Of a stretch of 64,000 nt of DNA, positions 1 to 9,828 are shown piece by piece. The first letter of the stretch is position 1. Every line of letters begins with the position of its first letter. This DNA comes from Candidatus Latescibacterota bacterium. Its GTDB lineage: Bacteria > Latescibacterota > UBA2968 > UBA8231. The notes under the pieces were generated by a model. It saw only the letters and a list, made by a program, of their open reading frames with translations. It was not told where the DNA came from and ran no database searches. Location of the stretch: contig OZ242005.1 of NCBI GenBank assembly GCA_965204725.1, forward strand, positions 480,001 through 544,000, read 5' to 3'. A program made the position numbers and the translations under genes.

Positions 1-121
1 TCGCACTCAAAATCATCCTTGCTCAAACCTTCTTTTAGCCCATAAAATACTCGGGAACCATCGCTATCCGGCATCCCGCCGACATACGTTCCTGCCAGTA
101 TCGGCCTTAGAAGCCTTTTTA

Positions 122-1207
122 TTGACCTCTGCATTTTTAATGGAATAGTTTATATTTATTTATATGCGACCTAAAGGTAGTGCCGATCGGCTAGAATATC
201 GCCGTCAATGGGCGGCTCAGTTGCTGGATGAAGGGCGAGGCGTCAACGAAGTAGCTCGTCTGGTTCGAGCGTCTCCCTCCTCGGTGTCTCGCTGGAAGGC
301 GATGAAAGCGCACGCCGGCGAGGAGGGGCTCAAAGCCAAACCGCATCCGGGGCGGGGCTGTCGGTTGAGTGGCCCAGATAAGGAGCAGTTGAAGCAGCTT
401 CTGCTGGCGGGTCCCCAGGCGGCGGGCTTTGATACCGCGCTGTGGACGTGTCGGCGAGTCGCGCAGGTGATTGCCCACACGTTTGGGGTGTCCTATCATC
501 CCGATCACGTGGGTCGTCTGCTGCATGGGTTGGGTTTTTCGTGCCCGTATCCCCAGCACCAAGCGCGGGAACGCGATGAGGAGGCCATCCGCCAATGGCG
601 CTTAGTGGAATGGCCACGGATTAAAAAAAAGCCCGGCACCAAGGGATGACCCTCGTCTGGATCGATCCGAGTGGCTTCCTGCTGCAACCCACCCGGCGTA
701 GGACATGGGCTTTGGCGGGGCACACGCCGATACACAAGGTGTGGAGCCGCCACGATCACGTGTCGGTTCAAGCCGCCGTTACCCTGCCACCTCGACGCCA
801 GCGGTTGGGCGTTTATTTCCGGGTGTATGAGCAGAATATCCATACGCAGGATGTGGTCTCCTTTGTCGGGTATATGATGAACATGATACGACGTAAAATC
901 GTGCTCATTTTGGATCGATGGAGTGTGCATCGTGCGGCGGTGGCGATCCTACAGAAACGGTACGCCGATCGACTCACCATCGAATGGTTACCCGCCTATG
1001 CACCCGAATTGAATCCGGTCGAACAGGTCTGGAATCATACCAAGTACGGGGACTTGGCCAACTTCAGGCCAGAACACATCGACCACCTCGCAGACGCGGT
1101 TACGATGTCGATGACCGCCCAGCATCACGATACCCCCCTGATCCGAGGCTTCTTCAAGTATGCACAACGTACCCTGTAAAGAAGTCCTTTAGTTTTGCAG
1201 AAGTCAA
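122..1207 (+). mobile_element. IS630-family insertion sequence
   Basis: Terminal inverted repeats TTGACCTCTGCA (122-133) / TGCAGAAGTCAA (1196-1207), flanked by TA at 120-121 and 1208-1209; contains a split transposase. Confidence 0.92.
164..1179 (+). CDS. IS630 transposase (HTH ORF 164-649 + DDE ORF 646-1179, probable -1 frameshift)
   Basis: N-terminal HTH and WT..RV motif; C-terminal WID.SGF, LILDRWSVH, LPAYAPELNPVEQVW; slippery A8G run at 623-631 at the ORF junction. Confidence 0.9.
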
Positions 1208-1345
1208 TAAGCATCCCATACTGGATTTATCCAATAGTCAGAGCTTGACATATATTAGGGAAGAAATGAAGAAGGTTAATCTGCGGGAATTTATGTGATC
1301 TGTTCACGGATATTCCTCTTCTTGATGGTGGATGTGAAAATTCTT

Positions 1346-2182
1346 TTACCGCAGAATGGCATTTGGTGGAAGTGCGACTATATCTGTTGCGCCAAGTGTT
1401 CGGAGATCCTGCAAACGACTCCAAAACTCTTTCGCTTCTACGACGATATGGACGGCCACTATATCTTCACGAGCCGCAAGCGGTAGAACGGTGGGAGCAG
1501 TGAGTCCGAGAAATAACTCGGCCAGTTGGCCCACGAGCGTCGGATCTAAATGCAGCATCAAATAGTAGTGTTTCCTCGCGTCGAGTACCGCCCGAATCCG
1601 CAGTTCAAGATTCTCAAGACCTTCATTAGATCGGTACACGAAAAGCCCTTGGCAGGGCATGATCTCCTTTAGGATACGGAGTCCGTTTTTCGCCAAGCTG
1701 TTGCCCGTTTCTCGTATATCGACAATTGCATCCGCGAGGCCAGCCGAACACACCCCTTCGAGAGCACCACCCATAGTCACTACCGTTACTTTGATCCGTT
1801 GTTCATTGAACCAACGTGTTGTAGCCTTTGGGAGGTGGGTCGCAACGATTGCTCCGGTTAAGTCGGCCACCGAAGTTCGCCCGTCACCTTCTCGGCTTGC
1901 AATAACCAAATCGGATTGAGCAGATCCCAGTGGAAGGGCGGCAAGATGACCGAGGTCTTCTTCAAGGACGAGGTCGGTAGAGATGAAAGCACCATTGATC
2001 CGACCTGTACCAAGCCAAGCGGCCGCATCTCGTGGCCGCATCTCGATAAACTCGAGCTCGTTGACTATTGCCCTTGATCCATTGCCGTCGAAGAACGATG
2101 TGGTGAAACCCGCCTGATTCAGAAGTTCTAAAGCGAAACCACGAAGACGCCCTCTTGAGGGGATGGCAACGCGAGCGATCAT
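1346..2182 (-). CDS. hisG: ATP phosphoribosyltransferase (long form)
   Basis: AIPSRGRL N-terminus, ADAIVDIRETGNSLAKNGL PRPP-binding motif, C-terminal GLTAPTVLPL regulatory domain. Confidence 0.85.
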   Translation of the reverse strand: MIARVAIPSRGRLRGFALELLNQAGFTTSFFDGNGSRAIVNELEFIEMRPRDAAAWLGTGRINGAFISTDLVLEEDLGHLAALPLGSAQSDLVIASREGDGRTSVADLTGAIVATHLPKATTRWFNEQRIKVTVVTMGGALEGVCSAGLADAIVDIRETGNSLAKNGLRILKEIMPCQGLFVYRSNEGLENLELRIRAVLDARKHYYLMLHLDPTLVGQLAELFLGLTAPTVLPLAAREDIVAVHIVVEAKEFWSRLQDLRTLGATDIVALPPNAILR

Positions 2183-2490
2183 CTTCTGCGTTCTCCTAGC
2201 TCGTTTATGACATCCTCAAAGGAAACATCTACCCCTACGAGCCCAACAAGCAAATGGAACAGGAGGTCAGCGGCTTCTGAGGTGATGCGCTGCCGATCTA
2301 CTACTGGCCGCCCAAGTTCAAGACAGATCTCGAACGCCTCCTCCATCAACTTGCGTTGAAGCAGCTCTTTGTCTGAAAACAGCTTGGTGGAGTAAGACCC
2401 CTCTGGTCGCGTCCTGCATCGTTCCCGTAGGATGCTTTCTAGTTCGTGGATGATTTCTGACCTCTCGAAATTTTTGGTGGGTTGAGCCAC
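2179..2490 (-). CDS. hisE: Phosphoribosyl-ATP pyrophosphatase
   Basis: PEGSYSTKLF, KLMEEAFE, SEAADLLFHLLV motifs; GTG start with GAGGAG RBS; overlaps hisG start. Confidence 0.88.
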   Translation of the reverse strand: MAQPTKNFERSEIIHELESILRERCRTRPEGSYSTKLFSDKELLQRKLMEEAFEICLELGRPVVDRQRITSEAADLLFHLLVGLVGVDVSFEDVINELGERRR

Positions 2491-2511
2491 GTATTATCTC
2501 CTCTCTCGCCG

Positions 2512-3540
2512 TTATCCTTCTAAGCCCTGTAGCTGCGTTGGTTCTTCAAGGGGGACCACGGGATTTTCCAAAACTCCGATCCCGCCGGAAAAGGTCAACT
2601 GCATCACGTCCCCGTCCAAAAGCCCCGCCGCCAAGTCCGCCTCGGCAAAGACGATGGGCGTCCCCCAATAAAAGGCCAGCAGGGTGCGCGGTGCTAGGGG
2701 CAGCCGCCGGAAAAGGTGGTGCTCTAGATGCAGGAGTTGCCCGGGCATGTTCAGGTTGTTCTGGCCGGTCGCGCCCTTCTTGTATGCTATGGATTGTCCG
2801 CCGCGCAGGATGCGGCACGAGACCTCGACCTCGGCGTCGTCGTACTCGTCGGCCGTAACCAACATCGGCCCTAGAGAAGCGCAGCCGCCGGCCCAGTTTT
2901 TGGCTTGGGGCAAGTTGAGGGGATTGGCGGCCTCAATACCGTTGTCGGTGGCGTCGTTGCCGCCGGTATAGCCCAGCCGCTCTAAGCGGCCTTGGCGCGT
3001 CAGGCCATAGACCGACACCAGCTCGGTCTCGGGCACTAAGCGCTGGGTGTCGCCGGGCCGGGTGATGGGCTGGCCGTGCCCGACGACGGCGTCTGGCTCG
3101 CCCTTGGCGAACAGCTCGGGGCGGCCACCGCCGGACACTTCGCGGTATTTCTGGTCGTACACGTTGACCACCTCGCCGGTGGCCTGCTGGGCCTCGATTT
3201 CGCGCAGCTTAGCGCTGACTTGGTGGGTCACGCCAGCCAGCCACACGCGCAGGGCGTGGGGATCGCCGGGCGGGCCGCTGACCGGCTTCGTCAGGTACGG
3301 GGTGCGGGTGCTGCGGTTGGCCAACAGCGCGTCTAGCGGCAAGCGGCGCGTAGCCCGGTTTTGCAAGTTCTGAGCGGCGACCGCCAACCCAATCTCGTCG
3401 CCACCGCCGTCGTAGTAAAGCTGATGCACGGTACGCAGCTTCGGTGCCGCGCCGGTCAGGTCTAAGACTTCGTCGCCGGCGACGAGGCCCAAGCGCATAC
3501 CGTCCTCCGGCTCGATAAATTGCACTAGTTTCATACGCAT
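2512..3540 (-). CDS. Fumarylacetoacetate hydrolase-family protein (keto-deoxy sugar acid dehydratase-like)
   Basis: RPELFAK, VPETEL, GYTGGND, IEAANPLNLPQAK, SLGP motifs. Confidence 0.75.
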   Translation of the reverse strand: MRMKLVQFIEPEDGMRLGLVAGDEVLDLTGAAPKLRTVHQLYYDGGGDEIGLAVAAQNLQNRATRRLPLDALLANRSTRTPYLTKPVSGPPGDPHALRVWLAGVTHQVSAKLREIEAQQATGEVVNVYDQKYREVSGGGRPELFAKGEPDAVVGHGQPITRPGDTQRLVPETELVSVYGLTRQGRLERLGYTGGNDATDNGIEAANPLNLPQAKNWAGGCASLGPMLVTADEYDDAEVEVSCRILRGGQSIAYKKGATGQNNLNMPGQLLHLEHHLFRRLPLAPRTLLAFYWGTPIVFAEADLAAGLLDGDVMQLTFSGGIGVLENPVVPLEEPTQLQGLEG

Positions 3541-3558
3541 TGCTCCCTAAGTGATCGT

Positions 3559-4386
3559 TTAAGAGATAAAGAGCGGCGCGTCCGACTTGGGCGCGATGCC
3601 GGCCCGCTCGGCCCGCTCGATCAGGTCGAATATGGCGGCTTCGCCGTCCGCTCCGTAATCGAGCGTGTGCCGATTGACGTACAGGTCGATATGCGCCTGC
3701 ACGACGCCTTCGTCCATTTCTTGGGCGTACTGGCGGATGTAGCCCCGCACCGCGTCTGGGTGGGCGTAGGCGTACTCTACGCTCTGCACGAGCGCCCGGT
3801 CGAGCTGGCCGATGAAGTCGGCCCCGAGGCTGCGCCGTGCGAGGATGCCGCCGAGGGGAATGGGATGCCCGGTGCTTTCCTCCCACCACTGGCCTAGATC
3901 GACGACCGCTTCCAGCCCGTGTTGGGCATAAGTGAAGCGGCTCTCGTGGATGATGACGCCCGCATCAACTAAGCCTTGTGCGGTCGCTTCTACGATCTGG
4001 TCGAAAGGCATGACCGCTAGCTGCTCAATGCTGGGGTCAAACAGCCTCAGCAGCAGGGCCGCGGTGGTCAGCCGCCCAGGAATAGCGACCCGCTTGTGCT
4101 TGAGGTCTTCCCGCGCCAACCGCTCCCGCGCTACCAAAAGCGGCCCGCACCCCCGCCCCAAGGCACCGCCGGCGTGTAGGAGGCAGTACTGCTGCCGCAA
4201 GTGCGCCAGCGCGTGGAAGGATATTTTGGTCGCGTCGAGCTGCCCTTGCAGCGCTTGCGCGTTGAGCGTTTCGATGTCGGCCAGCACGGGCGTGCATTCG
4301 GGCGCACCGGCGATCTGCCCGTGGACCAAGCCGCAAAAGACAAACGTATCGTTGGGACAGGGCGAATAGCCCAAGGTCACGCGCAT
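3559..4386 (-). CDS. mqnD: 1,4-dihydroxy-6-naphthoate synthase
   Basis: LGYSPCPNDTF, GGALGRGCGP, IIHESRFTY, PIPLGG, HIDLYVN. Confidence 0.93.
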   Translation of the reverse strand: MRVTLGYSPCPNDTFVFCGLVHGQIAGAPECTPVLADIETLNAQALQGQLDATKISFHALAHLRQQYCLLHAGGALGRGCGPLLVARERLAREDLKHKRVAIPGRLTTAALLLRLFDPSIEQLAVMPFDQIVEATAQGLVDAGVIIHESRFTYAQHGLEAVVDLGQWWEESTGHPIPLGGILARRSLGADFIGQLDRALVQSVEYAYAHPDAVRGYIRQYAQEMDEGVVQAHIDLYVNRHTLDYGADGEAAIFDLIERAERAGIAPKSDAPLFIS

Positions 4387-5099
4387 ACTCCCTCCTCCAA
4401 GAGCTTCTCAACGGCGGCCTGCGCCCTAGCGGCGGCCCGCGGCACATCCCATTGCTCCCGCGTACGCTGCTCGACGATGTTGCTCATGGCGCGCAGTTCG
4501 GCAAAAGGCACCCCGTACAGGGTGCATAGGTGCGCGACCGCCGCTCCCTCCATGTTTTCGCACAAGGCCCCAAAGCGCCGTCCCCGTTCCACCCCCAACT
4601 CGTCGGTGCCCGCGCATTCCTGCACGGTGACGAAGGGGCCGATATAGGCTTCCGGCAACGCGACCGCCGCCCGCCGTACCCACTGCTCGTCGGTGGGGAA
4701 GCAATTGTAATAGGAGCGCCCTTTCTCCAGCACCGGAATGCCAATCAGTTCGCTGGCCTGCCAGCCGTCTGGCGTCCGCACCCCCAGATCCCCGTAGTAT
4801 TCCTCGCTGGCCAAGGCCAGATCCCCGACACTTGCCCCGCTCTCTGGATAAGCCCCACCCACGCCGACTTGGACGACCCGCAGCGGCCGCTGCCCCTGCA
4901 AGTAGCAGGTGAGCGCGTGGGCCGCATTCACCGCGCCGATTCCGGTTGTGACCAAGGTCACCGGCTGGGCGCCAATTTTCCCGCTCATCCATTCGCGCCC
5001 GGCGACTTTGCGCTGTACGCGCTCGGCCACGGCCTCTCTTAGGGCAAGCTGCTCAAAAGCCGTCGCACTCAGGACGAGGATTTCTTCGGTGCCCGTCAT
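4377..5099 (-). CDS. mqnB: Futalosine hydrolase
   Basis: MTA/SAH nucleosidase fold (TGIGAVNAA, GVGGAY, ENMEGAA, ELRAMSN), directly upstream of mqnD. Confidence 0.88.
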   Translation of the reverse strand: MTGTEEILVLSATAFEQLALREAVAERVQRKVAGREWMSGKIGAQPVTLVTTGIGAVNAAHALTCYLQGQRPLRVVQVGVGGAYPESGASVGDLALASEEYYGDLGVRTPDGWQASELIGIPVLEKGRSYYNCFPTDEQWVRRAAVALPEAYIGPFVTVQECAGTDELGVERGRRFGALCENMEGAAVAHLCTLYGVPFAELRAMSNIVEQRTREQWDVPRAAARAQAAVEKLLEEGVCA

Positions 5100-5136
5100 G
5101 GAGGACTCCTATATGGCAATCCTACATCCTTCAAGA

Positions 5137-5164
5137 CTGGATTCCCGCTTGCGCGGGAATGACG
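5137..5164. repeat. REP-like palindrome (ATTCCC-N8-GGGAAT core)
   Basis: CTGGATTCCCGCTTGCGCGGGAATGACG matches the widespread GTCATTCCCGCG..GCGGGAATC short repeat (dRS3-like core); one copy seen in the window. Confidence 0.7.
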
Positions 5165-5251
5165 ACTCGTAGGCAAAAAAGACTGGGCCGATGAACATTC
5201 CATGCCTTCAGATTATTTAGGACTGCTATATGAATGTTGGATAATATACGG

Positions 5252-5280
5252 TTGACTCGGCCGAGAGCCAGCCTTACAAT
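5252..5280 (+). promoter_or_regulatory. sigma70-type promoter of purM
   Basis: TTGACT-17 bp-TACAAT, 25 nt upstream of the purM ATG. Confidence 0.6.
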
Positions 5281-5305
5281 CCGGCCTAGAACAGAAAGGA
5301 ATTAG

Positions 5306-6343
5306 ATGAGCCAACGCCTCTCATATACCAGCGCGGGCGTCGATATTGACCAGACCGATGCCGCCAAGCGCGCCATGGCCGCGAGCATGGAAACCGCCGA
5401 TCCGCGCGTGCTCAACCGGATTGGCGCGTTTGCCACTCTGCTCGACGCTCGCTTTCCCGGATACGCGCACCCGGTGCTGGTACACAAGAGCGAAGAGCCC
5501 GGATCCAAGCAAAAGTTGGCTTTTGCGCACGGCCGCCATCGCGGGGTTTGCTACGACATGGTCAACCACCTCATCGACGATATCATCGTCATGGGTGCCG
5601 AGCCGATTTCGGTCCAAGACGTCATCGTATGCGGGACTATGGAGGGTGCTATCGTCAACGACCTCGTCGAAGCCTTGGCCGACGCCTGCCGCCAACAGGG
5701 CTGCACCCTAACTGGCGGCGAGACCTCGGTGCAGCCCGGCGTGGTCCCCAACGGCCTCTACGTGCTGACCGCCAGCGTCATCGGCGTCGTCGATAAGGAC
5801 GCCATCATCAACGGTCGCGCCATTGAGGCCGGCGATCAGGTGTTGGCACTCGCTTCCAACGGCCTGCACACCAACGGCTACACGCTGGTCCGCGCCCTGT
5901 TAGACCGGCAACCTGAGCTGCTCGCGGCCGACGTGGCCGGCGAACCCTTCCTTGAAGCGGTGCTCAAGCCCCATACCTGCTACTTGCAAGCCGTGCGCGG
6001 CCTTTTCGCCGACCCCGGCCTGCACGGCATGGCCCACATTACCGGCGGCGGTCTCCGCGACAACCTCAGCCGCATCTTGCCGCCGGGCCTCAACGCCCAG
6101 CTTGACTTGGCGGCCCTACAGATCCCACCGATTTTCCGCACCTTGCACGCCGCCGGCGATCTAGACGACGCGGACATGCTCCGCACGTTCAATATGGGCG
6201 TGGGTATGGTGCTGGTGATCGCGCCCGAGGCCGAGGAACAGGTGCTGGCCCACTTAGTCGCTCAAGCCTGCCGGGCCTATCCGCTCGGGGAAATCGTCGC
6301 TGGCGAGCAAGAGGTCGCGTTGCAGGGGACGCTTGCTTGGTAG
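5306..6343 (+). CDS. purM: Phosphoribosylformylglycinamidine cyclo-ligase
   Basis: SYTSAGVDI, LTGGETS, SNGLHTNGYTL, AHITGGG, RTFNMGVG. Confidence 0.93.
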   Translation: MSQRLSYTSAGVDIDQTDAAKRAMAASMETADPRVLNRIGAFATLLDARFPGYAHPVLVHKSEEPGSKQKLAFAHGRHRGVCYDMVNHLIDDIIVMGAEPISVQDVIVCGTMEGAIVNDLVEALADACRQQGCTLTGGETSVQPGVVPNGLYVLTASVIGVVDKDAIINGRAIEAGDQVLALASNGLHTNGYTLVRALLDRQPELLAADVAGEPFLEAVLKPHTCYLQAVRGLFADPGLHGMAHITGGGLRDNLSRILPPGLNAQLDLAALQIPPIFRTLHAAGDLDDADMLRTFNMGVGMVLVIAPEAEEQVLAHLVAQACRAYPLGEIVAGEQEVALQGTLAW

Positions 6344-6518
6344 GATTGCCGCCGATGCTACTGGTTGCCCTGTTGGCGATGTTGGCTACCAGCGTCAGAC
6401 CGCCGGTTTACAAGCCACCACGTCAGGACGACGAAGAGGAGGCCCGCCGCCACCCCAAGGCCCCAAAGGAGGCTCGGCGGCACGGGGTGGCAGAGGCCGT
6501 TTTTGCGGCACTTCATCT

Positions 6519-7172
6519 TCATAAGCGGCTGGCCCAGAGCATGCCGCGCCGCTGGATTTCGCGCGCTTGGGGCACGTCGAAGTCCCGCGCCACATGGCCC
6601 AGCGACGAGTAGAACACCCGACCCGCTCCCCACGTGCGCTTCCACACCACCGGCATGACCGTCCCGTTGACCCAAGGTGCGCTTTGACGGCCCTCCAGCG
6701 TGGTCGTGGCCAGCACTTGATTGCCGGGGTCGGTGTGCATGTAGTACTGCTCGGAGTGCATCTGAAAGTCGTCTAGCCCGGCGACGATCGGGTCGTTTGG
6801 GGCCGCGATGTTCACTGTGTAGTCGATGATGCCGTCTGGGTGGGCGACAAACTGGCCGCCGACCATGAACTGATAGGTGGTATTGTTGCGGAACGAATCG
6901 GCCATGCAGCCGTGCCAACCCGCCACGCCGGCCCCGCGCTCAACGGCCGATAGCAGCCCTTGTTCCTGCTCGCCTTCGATCTGGCCCATCGTCCACGCCG
7001 GCACCACGAGATCTTGCTCGGCCATTAGGTCGCGGTCTTTGTACGCGTCGAGGGTGTCCGAAATGGTCACCGCGAACCCTTCTTCCTCTAGAATGGGCGC
7101 GAAAACATCGACGCACTGCTTGGGCTCGTGCCCCTCCCAGCCGCCCCACACCATGATTGCTTTCTTGGCCAT
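6519..7172 (-). CDS. ThuA-like domain protein
   Basis: [35 protein letters not shown]. Confidence 0.85.
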   Translation of the reverse strand: MAKKAIMVWGGWEGHEPKQCVDVFAPILEEEGFAVTISDTLDAYKDRDLMAEQDLVVPAWTMGQIEGEQEQGLLSAVERGAGVAGWHGCMADSFRNNTTYQFMVGGQFVAHPDGIIDYTVNIAAPNDPIVAGLDDFQMHSEQYYMHTDPGNQVLATTTLEGRQSAPWVNGTVMPVVWKRTWGAGRVFYSSLGHVARDFDVPQAREIQRRGMLWASRL

Positions 7173-7186
7173 GACGCTCCTTTGCG

Positions 7187-7942
7187 TTATCTGGCGCCGC
7201 GCGCCAGTTCGTTGTCAACGAGGTATTGATAGCTTTTTTCCACGGCTTCCATCATGTCGGTCGCACAGCGGTCCAACTCGACGATTAGCCAGTCGCAGGT
7301 GCCGTGGCTGGCCTCGATAATGGGCGGGAAATCCATGGTCCCCTCCCCGACGGCGAGCATGTCCTGCTCCGGGTCGCACGGGCCGTCCTTGATGTGCAAA
7401 AGCGGCGCGCGCTCGCCCAGCTCCTCTACGACCTGCACCGAGTCGCCGCCGCCGGTATTGACCCAATAGGTATCGACCTGAAAGAAGATGGACTCGTCGA
7501 GTGCGTCGACTAGGTGCTCAAAACCCGGACGCCCTTCTACTGGCTGGAACTCCCACCAGTGGTTGTGAAGGCCCAGCTCCAATCCGTTCTCAGCGGCGAT
7601 CTCGGCGGCTTGGTTCCAGCGGTCGCAAAGGGCTGTGAGCGCGTCCGCGCTTGCGAAGGCATCGCGCGGTGTGGAACTCACCACGCGGCTGGCCTCCAAC
7701 TCGTGGGCCAACTCGATGACTTGGTTTTTTTGCTTGCCCAAGGGCAATTGCGTATGTACGCTGCATACGTCTAATCCCAGCTCGGCAAATAGGTCGCTGG
7801 CTTCATCTACTGCGATGCCGGGAAATCCGGCCGTCTCGACTCCCACGTACCCTATCTCGGCAATCCGGGTAACCACGGATTTGAAGTTGTGCGCGAGGGC
7901 GTCGCGGACCGTGTAGAGCTGAAGTGCTATGGGGGCAGCCAT
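7187..7942 (-). CDS. Sugar phosphate isomerase/epimerase (AP-endonuclease-2 TIM barrel)
   Basis: [35 protein letters not shown]. Confidence 0.85.
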   Translation of the reverse strand: MAAPIALQLYTVRDALAHNFKSVVTRIAEIGYVGVETAGFPGIAVDEASDLFAELGLDVCSVHTQLPLGKQKNQVIELAHELEASRVVSSTPRDAFASADALTALCDRWNQAAEIAAENGLELGLHNHWWEFQPVEGRPGFEHLVDALDESIFFQVDTYWVNTGGGDSVQVVEELGERAPLLHIKDGPCDPEQDMLAVGEGTMDFPPIIEASHGTCDWLIVELDRCATDMMEAVEKSYQYLVDNELARGAR

Positions 7943-8220
7943 TTCTTCCTTCCTTGTATGAGAGATATAATAGGGATATGAAGGTCAAAGCGATAGCTAA
8001 GGGAGGCTTGCAAATTGTCAGGCGTCGATAGTCGATAAGGGAGCGGTGCATAACGGCAGTAATTAAATGAAAAAAAATGGGCCGGTGGGCAAATAATTTC
8101 TGACGCGCCCAGCGCACGTCTCCTGTCCGGCAGGCCCGCTGGGTGCATTGGTAATGCCATCGCCCTTGCTCGGCCGATCCCTCGCTCCTACATTAGCCGC
8201 TCCAACCAAGGAGCAATCAG

Positions 8221-9294
8221 ATGAGCACCCAAGACAAAGCGCGCCTCGGGTTTATCGGCGCCGGCTGGTGGGCCACCAGCAACCACATTCCCGTTTTTGC
8301 CGCCCGCGACGACGTCGAACTGACGGCCGTGTGCCGCTTAGGCCAAGCCGAGCTAGAGCAGGTGCGGGACCACTTTGGATTCGCGTTTGCCACCCAAGAC
8401 TATCGAGAGTTATTGACTGATTGCGAACTCGACGGAGTCGTAGTGGCCTCGCCGCACACCCTGCACCACGAACACGCCCTCGCGGCCTTAGAGGCCGGCC
8501 TGCACGTGATGTGCGAAAAACCCCTGACCACCCGCGCGGCCCACGCGCGCCAGTTGGTGCGCGTCGCGGCCGAGCGCGGCCGGCACTTGCTCGTGCCCTA
8601 CGGCTGGCACCACAAGCCCTTTATCCAGCGGGCCAAAGCGCTAATGGACGACCGCGCTATCGGCGAGATCGAATTCGCGCTCTGCCACATGGCCTCGCCG
8701 ATTCGCGCCTTGCTTGCGGGCGAGGAGGTGGATGTCTCCGACATTTCCGGGCAAGACGCGGCTAGCCTCTTCGGCCCTACGCCCTCTACGTGGGCCGATC
8801 CGGCCGTGGCCGAGGGCGGCTACGCCCACGCGCAAATATCGCACTCCTCGGGGTTGCTATTTTGGTTGTCCGGGCTGCGCGCCGAGCGCGTCTTTGCCGC
8901 CATGAGCGCGCCCGGGGCCAAGGTCGAGCTGTACGACGCGCTCGCGGTGCGCTTTACTTCGGGGGCCATCGGCACCGTCAGCGGCGCCGGGACCGTGCCC
9001 ACGGACCAGCCCTTTCAGGTTGACCTGCGCCTCTTCGGCTCGGAGGGCATGCTGCTCGTCGATTGCGAGCGCGCCCGCATGCACTTGCGCCGCCACGATG
9101 GCCAACACGTCGTCGAGGAGGTCGCCGCGGACGCAGGGGCCTACGAATGCGATGGTCCGCCCAACAACTTCGCCGACTTGATCTTGGGCAAAACCGACGT
9201 CAACTGGACCCCGGGCGACGCCGCCATGCGCGGGGTAGAAATGCTCGATGCCGCGTACCGGTCGGCCGCTTCGGGCCGGGAAGAGCCGGTGTAA
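8221..9294 (+). CDS. Gfo/Idh/MocA oxidoreductase
   Basis: GFIGAGWW Rossmann motif, HVMCEKP; AAGGAG RBS. Confidence 0.9.
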   Translation: MSTQDKARLGFIGAGWWATSNHIPVFAARDDVELTAVCRLGQAELEQVRDHFGFAFATQDYRELLTDCELDGVVVASPHTLHHEHALAALEAGLHVMCEKPLTTRAAHARQLVRVAAERGRHLLVPYGWHHKPFIQRAKALMDDRAIGEIEFALCHMASPIRALLAGEEVDVSDISGQDAASLFGPTPSTWADPAVAEGGYAHAQISHSSGLLFWLSGLRAERVFAAMSAPGAKVELYDALAVRFTSGAIGTVSGAGTVPTDQPFQVDLRLFGSEGMLLVDCERARMHLRRHDGQHVVEEVAADAGAYECDGPPNNFADLILGKTDVNWTPGDAAMRGVEMLDAAYRSAASGREEPV

Positions 9295-9342
9295 CATCGT
9301 CACTCGCGGCTAATTGGCCCAGAAAATTCGTTGACATTGTTT

Positions 9343-9398
9343 AGCCTCCCCGATTGCTTCTGATATAGGAAGCGATTGGGGAGGCTTTTGTGGTTTTT
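9343..9398 (+). terminator. Intrinsic terminator after the Gfo gene
   Basis: AGCCTCCCCGATTGCTTC...GAAGCGATTGGGGAGGCT stem followed by a T-rich tract. Confidence 0.6.
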
Positions 9399-9499
9399 GG
9401 GGGTCGCTCTTGACATTGTATTACCCCTCCTCGTTGCATTGTATAAACGCAGAAGATCGGCCCCAAATTTTTGGAGTATTAAAATGTTCATCGTGAATC

Positions 9500-9718
9500 G
9501 CTCGGCTAGGCAAATGCCCCTAGCCACCGGAAAAAGCCTCTCCAGCCGGAGGGCTTGTCTCGCAGCCGACATAGCAGTCGGCGGTACGCAGCTCCTACAG
9601 ACCTTATTCGCGCCGAGAGGAAGGGATGCCCAACCGGACTGAGGCACCTCGTTCCGAAGGACTAGATGGCCCAGAGGCCGTGGCGCGAAAGGACGACGCG
9701 CTACGGCCTCTTTTTTTG
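9500..9718 (+). ncRNA. Candidate structured ncRNA / cis-leader (no family recognised)
   Basis: Consecutive hairpins 9504-9525, 9534-9556, 9565-9582, ending in a 15-bp stem 9673-9711 + T7. Confidence 0.35.
9673..9717 (+). terminator. Intrinsic terminator
   Basis: AGAGGCCGTGGCGCG / CGCGCTACGGCCTCT stem + TTTTTTT. Confidence 0.75.
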
Positions 9719-9738
9719 TGAAAAATGGGTGAAATCAC

Positions 9739-9791
9739 TTGACATTGTTTTATCGGTTTTATTGAATAATTAGTGAACATTTGTTCAGCTA
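9739..9791 (+). promoter_or_regulatory. Promoter region with LexA-like box (GAAC-N4-GTTC)
   Basis: TTGACA at 9739, AT-rich -10 region, then palindrome TGAACATTTGTTCA at 9774-9787. Confidence 0.45.
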
Positions 9792-9828
9792 AACGAGCAC
9801 TTAAAAAGCGGCGCGACGGAAGCAAAAA

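Noticed and set aside
6337-6612. Small hydrophobic-start ORF after purM
   Set aside because: No RBS, overlaps purM and the convergent ThuA gene, no recognisable family.
9600-9660. SAM-I or glycine riboswitch
   Set aside because: Only fragments of the consensus are present; core motifs are missing, so it is kept as an unclassified ncRNA candidate.
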